Positions 9,449 to 20,878 of a stretch of 40,516 nt of DNA are shown one piece after another. The stretch is from the NCBI GenBank assembly GCA_017645365.1, contig JAGCOT010000021.1, forward strand, positions 1-40,516, read 5' to 3'. The DNA is from Neisseriaceae bacterium. GTDB lineage: Bacteria > Pseudomonadota > Gammaproteobacteria > Burkholderiales > Neisseriaceae. How positions within the stretch are numbered: position 1 is the first letter of the stretch; every line of letters begins with the position of its first letter. A program made the position numbers and the translations under genes. The notes beneath the pieces were generated by a model, which saw nothing but the letters and a program-made list of their open reading frames with translations, was not told the origin of the DNA and did not search any database.

Positions 9449-9599
9449 CTGCAAAACAAGCGTCTGTGGTACATTTCTTCGTTGTGAGTTGCTCGAAAAC
9501 GAAGTTTCGGCGAAGCCGAAAACTCGCCTAACTATTTGTGATGTCTTCGTTTTTCTGTGCTACAACTTTGAACCGTACTCACATCTACCAGTTTTGCAG
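9449..9599. repeat. About 150-bp imperfect long palindrome (MITE-like element or structured 5' leader)
   Basis: Ends CTGCAAAAC (9449) and GTTTTGCAG (9591) are inverted. Nested complementary blocks CGAAAACGAAG/CTTCGTTTTT and a central hairpin TTTCGGCGAAGCCGAAA. Confidence 0.4.
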
Positions 9600-9623
9600 A
9601 GATTTCTTAAAATGGAGAAAAAT

Positions 9624-10052
9624 ATGGCAAGAGTTAAAATCAACTTACCGCAATGCTTTGATTTTTCAACAAAAATAAATATTCAAATTGGCGACATCAA
9701 TTATGGCAATCATTTGTCGAATGATGCGGTATTACGGTTGTGTCATGAGGTACGATTGCGTTTTTTGCAAAAGTATCACTTTTCAGAAATGGACATCGGC
9801 GGTTGTGGTTTGATTATGGCAGATGCCTCTATTCAATATATCAATCAGGCATTTTACGGCGATGAATTAAATTGTTCTGTGGCAGTTACGGAAATAAGCA
9901 AAATGGGCTTTCAACTGATGACTCAAATGCTACGCATCAGCGACCAAAAGGAAATTGCACGCATACAAAACAACATGGTCTTTTTCGATTATCAAAAACA
10001 ACGCATTGTAGAAACGCCAAATATTTGGAAAGAATATTTTGAAAAGTCTTAA
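9624..10052 (+). CDS. 4HBT/YbgC-like acyl-CoA thioesterase
   Basis: 143 aa from ATG 9624, with GGAG 6 nt upstream. The motif INYGNHLSNDAVLRLCHEVRLRFL resembles the hot-dog thioesterase N-terminus. The ORF track's 9489 start is a TTG lying inside the palindromic element. Confidence 0.65.
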   Translation: MARVKINLPQCFDFSTKINIQIGDINYGNHLSNDAVLRLCHEVRLRFLQKYHFSEMDIGGCGLIMADASIQYINQAFYGDELNCSVAVTEISKMGFQLMTQMLRISDQKEIARIQNNMVFFDYQKQRIVETPNIWKEYFEKS

Positions 10053-10080
10053 AATCATACCATTGCAAGATAAATTCATT

Positions 10081-10086
10081 TATAAT
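10081..10086 (+). promoter_or_regulatory. Candidate -10 box (TATAAT) for ssrA
   Basis: A perfect TATAAT lies 18 nt upstream of the mature tmRNA 5' end. No well-spaced -35 was found (TTGCAA at 10063 gives only a 12-nt spacer). Confidence 0.35.
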
Positions 10087-10103
10087 TTGCAAGTTTTTCA
10101 TCT

Positions 10104-10467
10104 GGGGGCGATCTTGGTTTCGACGGGGGTTGCAAAGCGGATGCGGGCATACCAGGGTCTCAGATTCCTGTAAAACACTGAAATTTTAATAGTCGCAAAC
10201 GACTCTTCTTACGCTCTCGCAGCTTAAGCGAAGCCGCTGCAACGATTGGTTAATGGGTCGTGTGGGGCAACCCACCGCAGCGTCATTGAACATTAACTGG
10301 TTGGCTATTGGGTTACTTAATAGTCAATAAGATTTAAGGTAACGGGTTTTCTTTTCAGCCTGTCTGTCGGCGGTGAAGAAAATGGGATTGAAATAGGCAA
10401 GACTAAGTATGTAGAACGCTTCGTAGAGGGCTTTCGGACGCGGGTTCGATTCCCGCCGTCTCCACCA
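10104..10467 (+). ncRNA. ssrA: tmRNA (SsrA)
   Basis: 5' GGGGGCGATCTTGGTTTCGACGGGGG and 3' GGACGCGGGTTCGATTCCCGCCGTCTCCACCA form a tRNA-Ala-like acceptor stem with a G3-U pair. The tag ORF at 10195-10227 encodes ANDSSYALAA*. Confidence 0.95.
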
Positions 10468-10512
10468 AATTTCTGAATCATTGTGTTTTCAGGTTGCCTG
10501 AAAATAGAATGA

Positions 10513-11877
<1,365 letters not shown>

Positions 11878-11880
11878 TTT

Positions 11881-11959
11881 TTCAGGCAGCCTGAAAAGAT
11901 AAAAACGGTGTATTTTCAATAATATACCGTTTTGTTTTTAGGTTTTCAGGCTGCCTGAA
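11881..11959. terminator. Terminator region between the convergent argG and pgeF: two DUS 15-mers flanking a hairpin
   Basis: TTCAGGCAGCCTGAA (11881) and TTCAGGCTGCCTGAA (11945) flank the hairpin AAAACGGTGTAT...ATACCGTTTT. Confidence 0.6.
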
Positions 11960-11960
11960 T

Positions 11961-12731
11961 TTATTTTTCCAACCAAATGGCAGATAACATTCGTCCTGTT
12001 TGCCCATCTCGCCGATAGGAAAAAAAGCGATGGCGTTCTAAAACGGTGCAGTGCGTACCGCCGAATGTTTGGTGAATGTTTAAATCGGCTAAAAATAATT
12101 TAGCCAAGCCATATAAATCGGCTAAAAATTGTCCGTCTCCAATATCCGCAAAATAGTTTTGCGTTTGCGGATTTTTTTGTATGAATAATTGACGAACATC
12201 GTCTTTAACTTCAAAGGCATCGGCACTAATCGCCGCACCCAAATACGCCATGATTTTAGTAGGATTGACCGCCATTTTTTTGACGGTTTCTGCCAAAACA
12301 CCATTCAGTAAAGAACGCCAGCCACAATGAGCAGCGGCAACGACATTTCCTTCGGCATCGCACAATAATACAGGCAGACAATCTGCGGTCATCACCGCAC
12401 AAGCCACTGTGCCAGTGTGATCGTAAGAAGCATCAGCATCAGGGGTTTGGTGAAGATATTGGCAGGCTTCAACGCATTCAATTCCGTGCACTTGATTTAA
12501 ATAAACCACTGGTACTGGAATGTGTTGTGCCACTCGACGCCTGTTTTCTAAAACATGGTCAGGATTGTCGCCCACATGTAAACCAAGATTTAAAGAAGCA
12601 TATGCCCCTTGACTGACGCCTCCATGACGCGTGGTCATCAGGGTTTTGACACAGGAAGGGGCATCCCAATCGGCATATAAAAAGCAAGAATCATCGTCAT
12701 GCGTTTCAAGAATTTGATTGATGTTCATCAT
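11961..12731 (-). CDS. pgeF: YfiH/PgeF-family (peptidoglycan editing factor / laccase-domain) protein
   Basis: 256 aa. Motifs NQVHG, ADCLPVLL, AAAHCGWR and FFSYRRDG are typical of DUF152/YfiH. Confidence 0.8.
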   Translation of the reverse strand: MMNINQILETHDDDSCFLYADWDAPSCVKTLMTTRHGGVSQGAYASLNLGLHVGDNPDHVLENRRRVAQHIPVPVVYLNQVHGIECVEACQYLHQTPDADASYDHTGTVACAVMTADCLPVLLCDAEGNVVAAAHCGWRSLLNGVLAETVKKMAVNPTKIMAYLGAAISADAFEVKDDVRQLFIQKNPQTQNYFADIGDGQFLADLYGLAKLFLADLNIHQTFGGTHCTVLERHRFFSYRRDGQTGRMLSAIWLEK

Positions 12732-12811
12732 AAAACCATATCGTTGATTGAATAAACAGGATTATAATCAACATATTCGCATGAACTGTACAAAATTCAG
12801 GAGATTGAATC

Positions 12812-13624
12812 ATGAAGCGTGGTTTATGGTTGTTTTTCAGTATGTTGTTTGTTACTTTGCTAACTGCTTGTGGTGGAGAGAAAAAACAAGAGCAAATGGT
12901 TACCAAAGTGGCAAAAAAAGCTGATTATATTGTGGCGGTTGAGCCCAATTATGCTCCTTTGGCTTTGCGAGACGCACAAGGTTTGCCAACGGGATTTGAT
13001 GTCGAAATCATGCAAGCGATCGCCAAAGACCAACAATTCACTATTGAAGTGGTGTCTGATGATTTTGCGAATTTATGGCAAAACATGCAGTTAGGACAAT
13101 ATGATGTGGTGATTGGTGGCGTTGGGGCAAGCGAAGAACGCCGTGCGTTTGCATCTTTTTCCAATCCTGTACTCAAAGACCGTTTGGCTTTGGTGGTGCG
13201 TAAAGACAGTCATATCAATTCCTTTGAAGAAGCACAGGGAAAGCGTTTTAGTGTACAAAATCACACTAATTTGAAGCGTAGTTTGGAAGAAAATCCGATT
13301 GCGGGCAAAATCATCACCGAAGCTTCTCCTTATTTGGCACTGACTCATGTGATTGACAATAACGCAGATGCCTTGCTGGTTGATGCTTCTGTGGCAGAAG
13401 GCTTGGTTAAAGATAAGCCAAACTTAAAAGTGGTGCTGATTCCAGATTCGGTTTATGGGGTTGATGAACGAGGTGTTTCTGCTACTTTGGAATTTGCCAT
13501 CAGCAAACAAAAACCTGAATTGGTAGATAAAATCAACATTGGTTTGCAGCATATTCGCAGCGAAGGTACATACGATGCGATTTATCGCAAATGGTTGGGG
13601 GATGATTTGTGGTTAAAACCTTAA
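12812..13624 (+). CDS. Amino-acid ABC transporter substrate-binding lipoprotein (orphan; no adjacent permease or ATPase)
   Basis: 270 aa. Lipobox LLTAC. Type-3 SBP-like blocks (GFDVEIMQAIAK, YDVVIGG, YDAIYRKWLG). Confidence 0.7.
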   Translation: MKRGLWLFFSMLFVTLLTACGGEKKQEQMVTKVAKKADYIVAVEPNYAPLALRDAQGLPTGFDVEIMQAIAKDQQFTIEVVSDDFANLWQNMQLGQYDVVIGGVGASEERRAFASFSNPVLKDRLALVVRKDSHINSFEEAQGKRFSVQNHTNLKRSLEENPIAGKIITEASPYLALTHVIDNNADALLVDASVAEGLVKDKPNLKVVLIPDSVYGVDERGVSATLEFAISKQKPELVDKINIGLQHIRSEGTYDAIYRKWLGDDLWLKP

Positions 13625-13634
13625 ATTAAGATGA

Positions 13635-13664
13635 AGGCAGCCTGAAAGTTTCAGGCTGCCTGAA
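13635..13664. terminator. DUS-pair hairpin terminator
   Basis: AGGCAGCCTGAAAGTTTCAGGCTGCCTGAA: perfect 12-bp inverted DUS arms. Confidence 0.7.
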
Positions 13665-13734
13665 ACAAAATAAAACACTCGTCCATATTCCCATTTATAA
13701 TACCCCCTTTGAATTTTGAAACACGAGAAACGAA

Positions 13735-14664
13735 ATGAAAACCGCATTTTTCTTTCCAGGACAAGGTTCGCAAAGTTTGCAGATGATGGCAGGTTTTGCG
13801 GGTGAATCCATTGTCAAACAAACTTTTGATGAAGCGTCTGACGCTTTAAATCAAGATTTATGGGCGATGATTCACGCTGACAATGCCGATATGATTAACC
13901 AAACCGAAAACACACAGCCGATTATGCTTGCCGCAGGTTTTGCTGTGTGGCGAGTGTATCAGGCTCGTGGCGGTAAAACGCCGTCTGTTTTGGCAGGGCA
14001 TAGTTTGGGCGAATATACTGCTTTAACTGTTGCAAATAGCCTAAATTTTGCAGACGCAGTGAAATTAGTACGCCAAAGAGCAACGCTTATGCAAACCGCT
14101 GTGCCACAAGGCAAAGGAGCAATGGCGGCTGTGTTGGGCTTGGAAGACAATGTTGTTGTGGCTTTGTGTACTGATGCGGCACAGGGCGAAGTGGTTGAAG
14201 CGGTGAATTTTAATTCAGTTGGACAAGTGGTGATTGCGGGCGACACCGCCGCAGTTGAGCGAGCAATGACGCTTGCCAAAGAAAAGGGGGCAAAACGAGC
14301 CTTGCTGTTACCTGTGTCTGTGCCGTCGCATTGTGCTTTGATGAAACCTGCGGCAGAAAAATTAGTAGAAGCCTTTGCCAATGTGCCTTTCAGGCTGCCT
14401 GAAATTTCGGTTATTCACAACGCCGATGTGTGTGCTTACAACGATTTAGATAAAATCAAAGACGCTTTGGCTCGCCAGTTATATTCCCCTGTGCGTTGGA
14501 CAGAAACCGTTCGCAAAGTGGTTGCGGACGGCATAACACAATCCGCAGAATGTGCTCCTGGCAAAGTTCTGGCAGGTTTGGTAAAACGCACCGACAAAAA
14601 TCTGCCCTGTGCTGCATTAACGGATATTGCGGCTGTGGAAGAATTGATTGCAAGTCAAAATTAA
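13735..14664 (+). CDS. fabD: Malonyl-CoA:ACP transacylase
   Basis: 309 aa. FPGQGSQ and active-site GHSLGEY motifs. Confidence 0.92.
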   Translation: MKTAFFFPGQGSQSLQMMAGFAGESIVKQTFDEASDALNQDLWAMIHADNADMINQTENTQPIMLAAGFAVWRVYQARGGKTPSVLAGHSLGEYTALTVANSLNFADAVKLVRQRATLMQTAVPQGKGAMAAVLGLEDNVVVALCTDAAQGEVVEAVNFNSVGQVVIAGDTAAVERAMTLAKEKGAKRALLLPVSVPSHCALMKPAAEKLVEAFANVPFRLPEISVIHNADVCAYNDLDKIKDALARQLYSPVRWTETVRKVVADGITQSAECAPGKVLAGLVKRTDKNLPCAALTDIAAVEELIASQN

Positions 14665-14710
14665 TTTCAGGTAGCCTGAAAATATTGTTTAATTCTGGAA
14701 ATTAAAGAAA

Positions 14711-15550
14711 ATGAATATCATCAACGCCATTATTCATTGTGTTGAAAATCCTGTGATTGAATTAGTTGCAGAATACAAAAACCGCAATCGTGCTAATCAG
14801 GCAGGTGATGCTTTGGAAGAATACATTAAAGACTTGTTTTCAGGCAGCCTGAATTTATCAGAACAAGAAAGAATAAAACGCCATAATGAAGTGTTTTCTT
14901 ATTTGGGCAATAACAATAATCCTCCTGATATGATGTTGAAATATGGTGATGCAATAGAAGTCAAGAAAATTGAAAGTCCTACTTCTGCTTTGGCTTTGAA
15001 CAGTAGTTATCCAAAAGCCAAATTGTTTTCCGATAGCAATATGATTTCAACGGCTTGCAAAAATGCTGAACCAAACTGGACAGAAAAAGATTTGATTTAT
15101 GTTGTTGGTGTTGTGAATAAACAAAATCAGTTAAAACAACTGTGTATGGTTTATGGTGAAGATTATTGTGCCGCCGAAGAATGTTATACACGAGTCAAAA
15201 ATACCATTAAACAAGGGGTTGAAAATATTGTTGGTGTGGAATTTTCTGAAACCAATGAATTGGGGCGTGTCAATCGCATTGACCCACTTGGCATTACTTA
15301 TTTGCGTGTGCGTGGTATGTGGGGAATTGATAATCCGTGGTCAGTTTTTCACTATATTTATCAAAAGAATACAAGTCAGGATTTCAATTTTATGTGTTTG
15401 ATTAACGAAGAAAAATGGCAAAGTTTGCACAATAAGCAAGATTTATTGAATGTACAAAACCAAGCGTTAATTATTCTTGATGTCCAAATCAAAAATCCCA
15501 ATAATCCAGCACAATTAAAAAATGCTAAATTGATTGCTTTTAGTAGATAA
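14711..15550 (+). CDS. Type II restriction endonuclease, NgoPII family (predicted GGCC)
   Basis: 279 aa. Colinear with my recollection of R.NgoPII ([55 protein letters not shown]). Ends 4 nt before the cognate methylase gene. Confidence 0.8.
   Translation: MNIINAIIHCVENPVIELVAEYKNRNRANQAGDALEEYIKDLFSGSLNLSEQERIKRHNEVFSYLGNNNNPPDMMLKYGDAIEVKKIESPTSALALNSSYPKAKLFSDSNMISTACKNAEPNWTEKDLIYVVGVVNKQNQLKQLCMVYGEDYCAAEECYTRVKNTIKQGVENIVGVEFSETNELGRVNRIDPLGITYLRVRGMWGIDNPWSVFHYIYQKNTSQDFNFMCLINEEKWQSLHNKQDLLNVQNQALIILDVQIKNPNNPAQLKNAKLIAFSR
14839..14853. repeat. Palindromic DUS 15-mer inside the restriction endonuclease gene
   Basis: TTCAGGCAGCCTGAA encodes FSGSLN, at the position where R.NgoPII has FSGSFN (from memory). 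Confidence 0.85.
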
Positions 15551-15554
15551 GTTT

Positions 15555-16544
15555 ATGAAAATTATTAGTTTATTTAGTGGCTGTGGCGGTTTGGATTTAG
15601 GATTTGAGCGTGCAGGATTTCAGGTTGCTGTTGCCAATGAATATGATAAAACCATTTGCCCAACTTTTAAAGCCAATCACCCTAAAACTCTATTGATTGA
15701 GGGTGATATTCGTCAAATACAGGCATCTGATTTTCCTGATAATATTGACGGCATTATTGGTGGTCCTCCGTGTCAATCTTGGTCGGAAGCAGGTTCTCTT
15801 CGTGGGATTGAGGATGTGCGTGGGCAATTATTTTTTGATTACATTCGTATTTTAAAAGCCAAACAACCCAAGTTTTTTTTAGCAGAAAATGTAAGCGGAA
15901 TGCTGGCCAATCGCCATAATCAGGCAGTACAAAATATTTTAAAAATGTTTGATGAGTGTGGTTATGATGTTGATTTAACGATGGTGAATGCCAAAGATTA
16001 TGGTGTTGCACAAGAGCGTAAGCGTGTGTTTTACATTGGTTTTCGCAAAGATTTAGATATAAAATTTCAGTTTCCAGTCGGTTCAACCATTGATGATAAA
16101 GATAAAATTACATTAAAAGATATTTTGTGGGATTTGAAAGATAACGCTGTTCCTGCTTTGACAAATAATAAAGCCAATCCACAAGCGGTTAATCACCACG
16201 AGTATTTTATCGGCAGTTTCTCACCGATTTTTATGAGCCGAAATCGTGTTAAATCTTGGAATGAACAAAGTTTTACAGTTCAAGCATCTGGACGACAATG
16301 CCAACTTCACCCTAACGCCCCTAAAATGGAAAAAATGGGAAAAGATATTTATCGCTTTGTTCAGGGAAAAGAAAATTTATATCGCCGAATGACTGTTCGT
16401 GAAGTGGCAAGAATTCAGGGTTTTCCTGATGATTTCACATTTATTTACAACAATGTTAATGATGCTTATAAAATGATTGGCAATGCAGTTCCTGTGAATT
16501 TGGCATATGAAATTGCACAAGGAATTAAACAGTATTTAATTTGA
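15555..16544 (+). CDS. C-5 cytosine DNA methyltransferase, M.NgoPII/M.HaeIII-like (predicted GGCC)
   Basis: Motif [14 protein letters not shown], motif [14 protein letters not shown], and [10 protein letters not shown]. The target-recognition region ([18 protein letters not shown]...[16 protein letters not shown]) closely resembles M.HaeIII/M.NgoPII. Start ATG at 15555; the ORF track extends it to 15534. Confidence 0.88.
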   Translation: MKIISLFSGCGGLDLGFERAGFQVAVANEYDKTICPTFKANHPKTLLIEGDIRQIQASDFPDNIDGIIGGPPCQSWSEAGSLRGIEDVRGQLFFDYIRILKAKQPKFFLAENVSGMLANRHNQAVQNILKMFDECGYDVDLTMVNAKDYGVAQERKRVFYIGFRKDLDIKFQFPVGSTIDDKDKITLKDILWDLKDNAVPALTNNKANPQAVNHHEYFIGSFSPIFMSRNRVKSWNEQSFTVQASGRQCQLHPNAPKMEKMGKDIYRFVQGKENLYRRMTVREVARIQGFPDDFTFIYNNVNDAYKMIGNAVPVNLAYEIAQGIKQYLI

Positions 16545-16571
16545 ATTTTCAGGCAGCCTGAAAGCAAAAAA

Positions 16572-16590
16572 AACCGCCATTTCGGCGGTT
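16572..16590. terminator. Bidirectional hairpin terminator between the methylase gene and tal
   Basis: AACCGCCATTTCGGCGGTT is flanked by an A tract and a T tract. It is preceded by the DUS 15-mer at 16548-16562. Confidence 0.75.
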
Positions 16591-16604
16591 TTTTGTTAGG
16601 ACGC

Positions 16605-17843
16605 TTATTCAAACGCTTCAATAAACGCCAAGATTTCATCAAAGGCTGCCTGAAATTGTTGTAAGCCTTTGATTTGTAAGTCGTTTGCTATTGCAGATAA
16701 ATCGGCGTATTGAGCCACTTCTGTTAAAATTTGTTGTGCGTTATCTGTATTCATCAACTCTGCCTTGCCGTGTTCCAAAAAGGCGTTCATTGCCTTTTCA
16801 GGGAGCGTATTGACGGTGTTTTTGCCAATTAAGTTGTCGATATACAGCGTGTCTGAATAAGCGGGGTTTTTTGTGGCGGTTGATGCCCATAATAGCGTAA
16901 ATAATGGGCAATCTTCGCGATATTGTGGGCGGATTTTAACAGGTTCGTCATCACAATGGCAGTTATCGCACTCATCGCAATCGCCACAACACTCGTGTTT
17001 GTCATCGTGGTGATGGTGATGAGCACCGCAACACTCGTGTTTTTCATCGTGGTGATGATGATGATGAGAACCACAGCCACAGCCGCCACAGCAGGTGTCT
17101 TCTTCTTCGTCTTCGTGATTATCGGCGTTTTGCCACGCTTCAATCAATGCGGCAGGCGGGGTGTGGTCTTTCATTTCGTCATACAAGGCTTGTGCCATAG
17201 CCACAGCGGTTTTGCCTTGTAAGTGGGCGGGCAATTTGTCGTCAATTGCCGTGTCTATGCGAGATAAAAACACGCTGGCAACAATGCGTCCGTTAGCAGG
17301 CGGATTGCCTTTGTAAAAGGCTTGTTCAATTTTTTTCACGGTTTCACCGTCAAAAATCAGCGTGGTGTTGATATTGCATTCGCACGATAGGCGTTCTACT
17401 GCCTTAATGCCAGCCGCTGTGGCGGGGATTTTAATCATCACATTCGGGCGGTTGATTTTTTGCAGCAAACGCCGTGCTTCAAATACTGTGCCGTCTGTAT
17501 CGTTTGCCAAAGCGGGATTCACTTCAATGCTCACAAAACCTGCATTGCCGTTACTGTATTGATATTCCGTTAAAAATATATCGCAGGCAGCCTGAACATC
17601 GGCACACGCCATTGTTTCGTAAATTTCTTGGGCGGTTTTGCCGTCGGCTTTGAGCGTTCGCATTTGTTGTTGATACAGTTCATCATTTTTAATGGCGGAC
17701 AGAAAAATCGCAGGGTTTGTGGTAACCCCCGATACGCCTTGACGAATTTTTTCGTTTAACTCGCCTTTGATAATCATTGAACGAGATAGGCTGTCTAACC
17801 AAATTTGCTGCCCTAATAGGCGTACTTGTTGAATGTTGTTCAT
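16605..17843 (-). CDS. tal: Transaldolase carrying a Cys/His/acidic-rich insertion
   Basis: 412 aa. GQQIWLDSLSR, TTNPAIF, the catalytic-Lys block MIKIPAT, and LLWASTATKNPAYSD. An extra roughly 70 residues (241-313) are absent from the neisserial Tal I recall. Confidence 0.85.
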   Translation of the reverse strand: MNNIQQVRLLGQQIWLDSLSRSMIIKGELNEKIRQGVSGVTTNPAIFLSAIKNDELYQQQMRTLKADGKTAQEIYETMACADVQAACDIFLTEYQYSNGNAGFVSIEVNPALANDTDGTVFEARRLLQKINRPNVMIKIPATAAGIKAVERLSCECNINTTLIFDGETVKKIEQAFYKGNPPANGRIVASVFLSRIDTAIDDKLPAHLQGKTAVAMAQALYDEMKDHTPPAALIEAWQNADNHEDEEEDTCCGGCGCGSHHHHHHDEKHECCGAHHHHHDDKHECCGDCDECDNCHCDDEPVKIRPQYREDCPLFTLLWASTATKNPAYSDTLYIDNLIGKNTVNTLPEKAMNAFLEHGKAELMNTDNAQQILTEVAQYADLSAIANDLQIKGLQQFQAAFDEILAFIEAFE

Positions 17844-18090
17844 GTTTTTTTTTCCTTGTTTATTTTTCAGGTTGCCTTATTTTAAGCAAACGACCATTAT
17901 ATAAATGGTCTCATCAATAGACAATAGTTTCATAACTTCCTCTCAAACTGGCATCTATATTTTTAAAAACTTTACATCTAACAGTTTTTCATGGCTTTAT
18001 TTCAGGCAGGCTGAAAATTTTGACGAAACTTGCAAAGATAACTTGCCAAACTGCTATTTAATCAAGTATCTTCTTCGGTTTGCCAAGTGA

Positions 18091-19203
<1,113 letters not shown>

Positions 19204-19217
19204 TACAAGGAAATCAT

Positions 19218-20300
19218 ATGCATACATTGATGGTTGATGCACCTTCTCATCGTTATCCTATTTATATTGACGCAACATTGTCATCACTTTTAGAAAAGCA
19301 TTTGGCAGAACACATCACCAAAGATTGTGTGATTGTCAGTAATGATACGATTGCTCCCTTGTATTTAAAAACAGTTCAAGATGCAGTTCGTCGTTTAGGC
19401 ATTCGTGTTTTTGACATCATTTTGCCTGATGGCGAACATTATAAAAATCTGAATACCATCGAAAAAATTTACGATGGCTTGATGCGTGAGCGAATGGAAA
19501 GACAATCCACTTTAATTGCTTTGGGTGGGGGTGTGATTGGCGATATGGTAGGGTTTGCCGCTGCAACTTATCAACGCGGTATGCCCTTTATTCAAATTCC
19601 AACAACGCTGTTGAGTCAGGTGGATTCTTCTGTTGGTGGGAAAACAGGGGTCAATCACGCTTTGGGCAAAAACATGATTGGTGCGTTTTATCAGCCACAA
19701 GCGGTTTTTGCTGCCCTCGATGTGTTAAATACGCTCCCTGAAAGGGAATTTTCCGCAGGATTGGCGGAAGTGATTAAATATGCACTATTGGGTGATGCAG
19801 CGTTTTTCGATTGGCTGGAAACGCATATGGAAGAATTGATGCGTCATGATGCAGACGCCTTGTCGTATGTCGTGCATCGCTGTTGTGCGAAAAAAGCAGA
19901 AATTGTTGCCGCCGATGAAAAAGAAAAAGGCATTCGTGCTTGGTTGAATTTGGGGCATACCTTTGGTCATGCGATTGAAACTGAACTGGGTTACGGTGTT
20001 TGGTTGCATGGTGAAGCGGTGGCTGCGGGTATGGTGGTGGCTTGTCGATTATCAGAACAGTTAGGCTACATTATGCCACAAGAAACGCAACGCGTACAAC
20101 AATTACTGCAAAGAGCCAAACTGCCTGATACGCCTCCATCGTTTGCGTGGGAAAAATGGATTGCCCATATGCAACACGATAAAAAAGTAGAAAGCGGTAC
20201 CATGCGGTTTGTTGTTATGCGTCAATTAGGGCAGGCTGAAATCTATCCTTGCCAAGACATCAGTATCATTCAAAAATCTTTGCAGGAATGGTTGCCTTAA
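19218..20300 (+). CDS. aroB: 3-dehydroquinate synthase
   Basis: 360 aa from ATG 19218, with AAGGAA upstream. [29 protein letters not shown] and [12 protein letters not shown] motifs. The ORF track start at 19200 is less likely by N-terminal alignment to neisserial AroB (from memory). Confidence 0.9.
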   Translation: MHTLMVDAPSHRYPIYIDATLSSLLEKHLAEHITKDCVIVSNDTIAPLYLKTVQDAVRRLGIRVFDIILPDGEHYKNLNTIEKIYDGLMRERMERQSTLIALGGGVIGDMVGFAAATYQRGMPFIQIPTTLLSQVDSSVGGKTGVNHALGKNMIGAFYQPQAVFAALDVLNTLPEREFSAGLAEVIKYALLGDAAFFDWLETHMEELMRHDADALSYVVHRCCAKKAEIVAADEKEKGIRAWLNLGHTFGHAIETELGYGVWLHGEAVAAGMVVACRLSEQLGYIMPQETQRVQQLLQRAKLPDTPPSFAWEKWIAHMQHDKKVESGTMRFVVMRQLGQAEIYPCQDISIIQKSLQEWLP

Positions 20301-20320
20301 ATTTTTACGCATCAAAAAAA

Positions 20321-20339
20321 GCACCCTATTTCAGGGTGC
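20321..20339. terminator. Hairpin terminator shared by the convergent aroB and mscL
   Basis: GCACCCT ATTTC AGGGTGC is flanked by A and T tracts. The arm AGGCACCCTGAA is a one-mismatch DUS variant. Confidence 0.7.
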
Positions 20340-20356
20340 CTTTTTTATCGATTCAT

Positions 20357-20809
20357 TTAATTGATGTCAGAAGTACAATTAGGGCAACGAGACGCCTTGA
20401 TGTTGATTTCAGAACAACATTTTGGGCATTCTTTGGTGGTTGGGGCTTCTTCTGGTTTGTCGGCTTGTAATTTATTGACCAATTTCACCAAAGTAAATAC
20501 CGCAGCACCCACAATCATAAAGGTGATTAAGGTGTTGATGAATAAGCCAATATTCATGGTAACTGCACCTGCTTCTTTGGCTGCTTCCAAAGAAGCGTAA
20601 GGAGCTGCTTTTTCCGCACCTTCTTTCATCACCCAAAATAAATTAGAAAAATCAACCCCGCCCAACAGCAAACCAATCGGAGGCATGATGACATCATCAA
20701 CCAAAGATTTAACAATGCCCGTAAAAGCACCGCCAATGACGATACCCACAGCCATATCAACCACATTGCCACGCATTAAAAATGCTTTAAATTCGTCTAA
20801 AACTTTCAT
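20357..20809 (-). CDS. mscL: Large-conductance mechanosensitive channel MscL with a C-terminal CxxC...CxxC zinc-ribbon tail
   Basis: 150 aa from ATG 20807-20809 (SD AGGAAAG). N-terminus MKVLDEFKAFLMRGNVVDMAVGIVIGGAF is typical of MscL. Tail: ECPKCCSEINIKASRCPNCTSDIN. Confidence 0.88.
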   Translation of the reverse strand: MKVLDEFKAFLMRGNVVDMAVGIVIGGAFTGIVKSLVDDVIMPPIGLLLGGVDFSNLFWVMKEGAEKAAPYASLEAAKEAGAVTMNIGLFINTLITFMIVGAAVFTLVKLVNKLQADKPEEAPTTKECPKCCSEINIKASRCPNCTSDIN

Positions 20810-20842
20810 GTTACTTTCCTCAAAAATAATTAAAACAAAAAA

Positions 20843-20867
20843 GCACCCTGAAAAGTTTTCAGGGTGC
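20843..20867. terminator. Hairpin terminator after fabI
   Basis: GCACCCTGAAAAGTTTTCAGGGTGC: 10-bp arms of the AGGCACCCTGAA DUS variant. Confidence 0.65.
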
Positions 20868-20878
20868 CTGACCATATA

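Noticed and set aside
10452-10464. CCCGCCGTCTCCA resembles the Neisseria meningitidis/gonorrhoeae DUS core GCCGTCTGAA.
   Set aside because: It is the conserved T-arm/acceptor 3' strand of the tmRNA and lacks the TGAA end. A similar partial match at about 17491 (TGCCGTCTGTA) is also incomplete. The canonical Neisseria dialect is not used here.
13959-14381. 140-aa minus-strand ORF inside fabD, with similar antisense ORFs in tamB, argG, pheT, dnaB and dnaG.
   Set aside because: All lie wholly within strongly supported genes on the opposite strand or in another frame, and they lack start signals. They are treated as spurious.
16829-17222. ORFs 16829..17143 (-) and 16923..17222 (+) overlap tal.
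   Set aside because: They are alternative-frame or antisense shadows of the repetitive His/Cys-coding segment of tal (CAC/CAT/TGC/TGT runs read in other frames). They have no independent start context or RBS.
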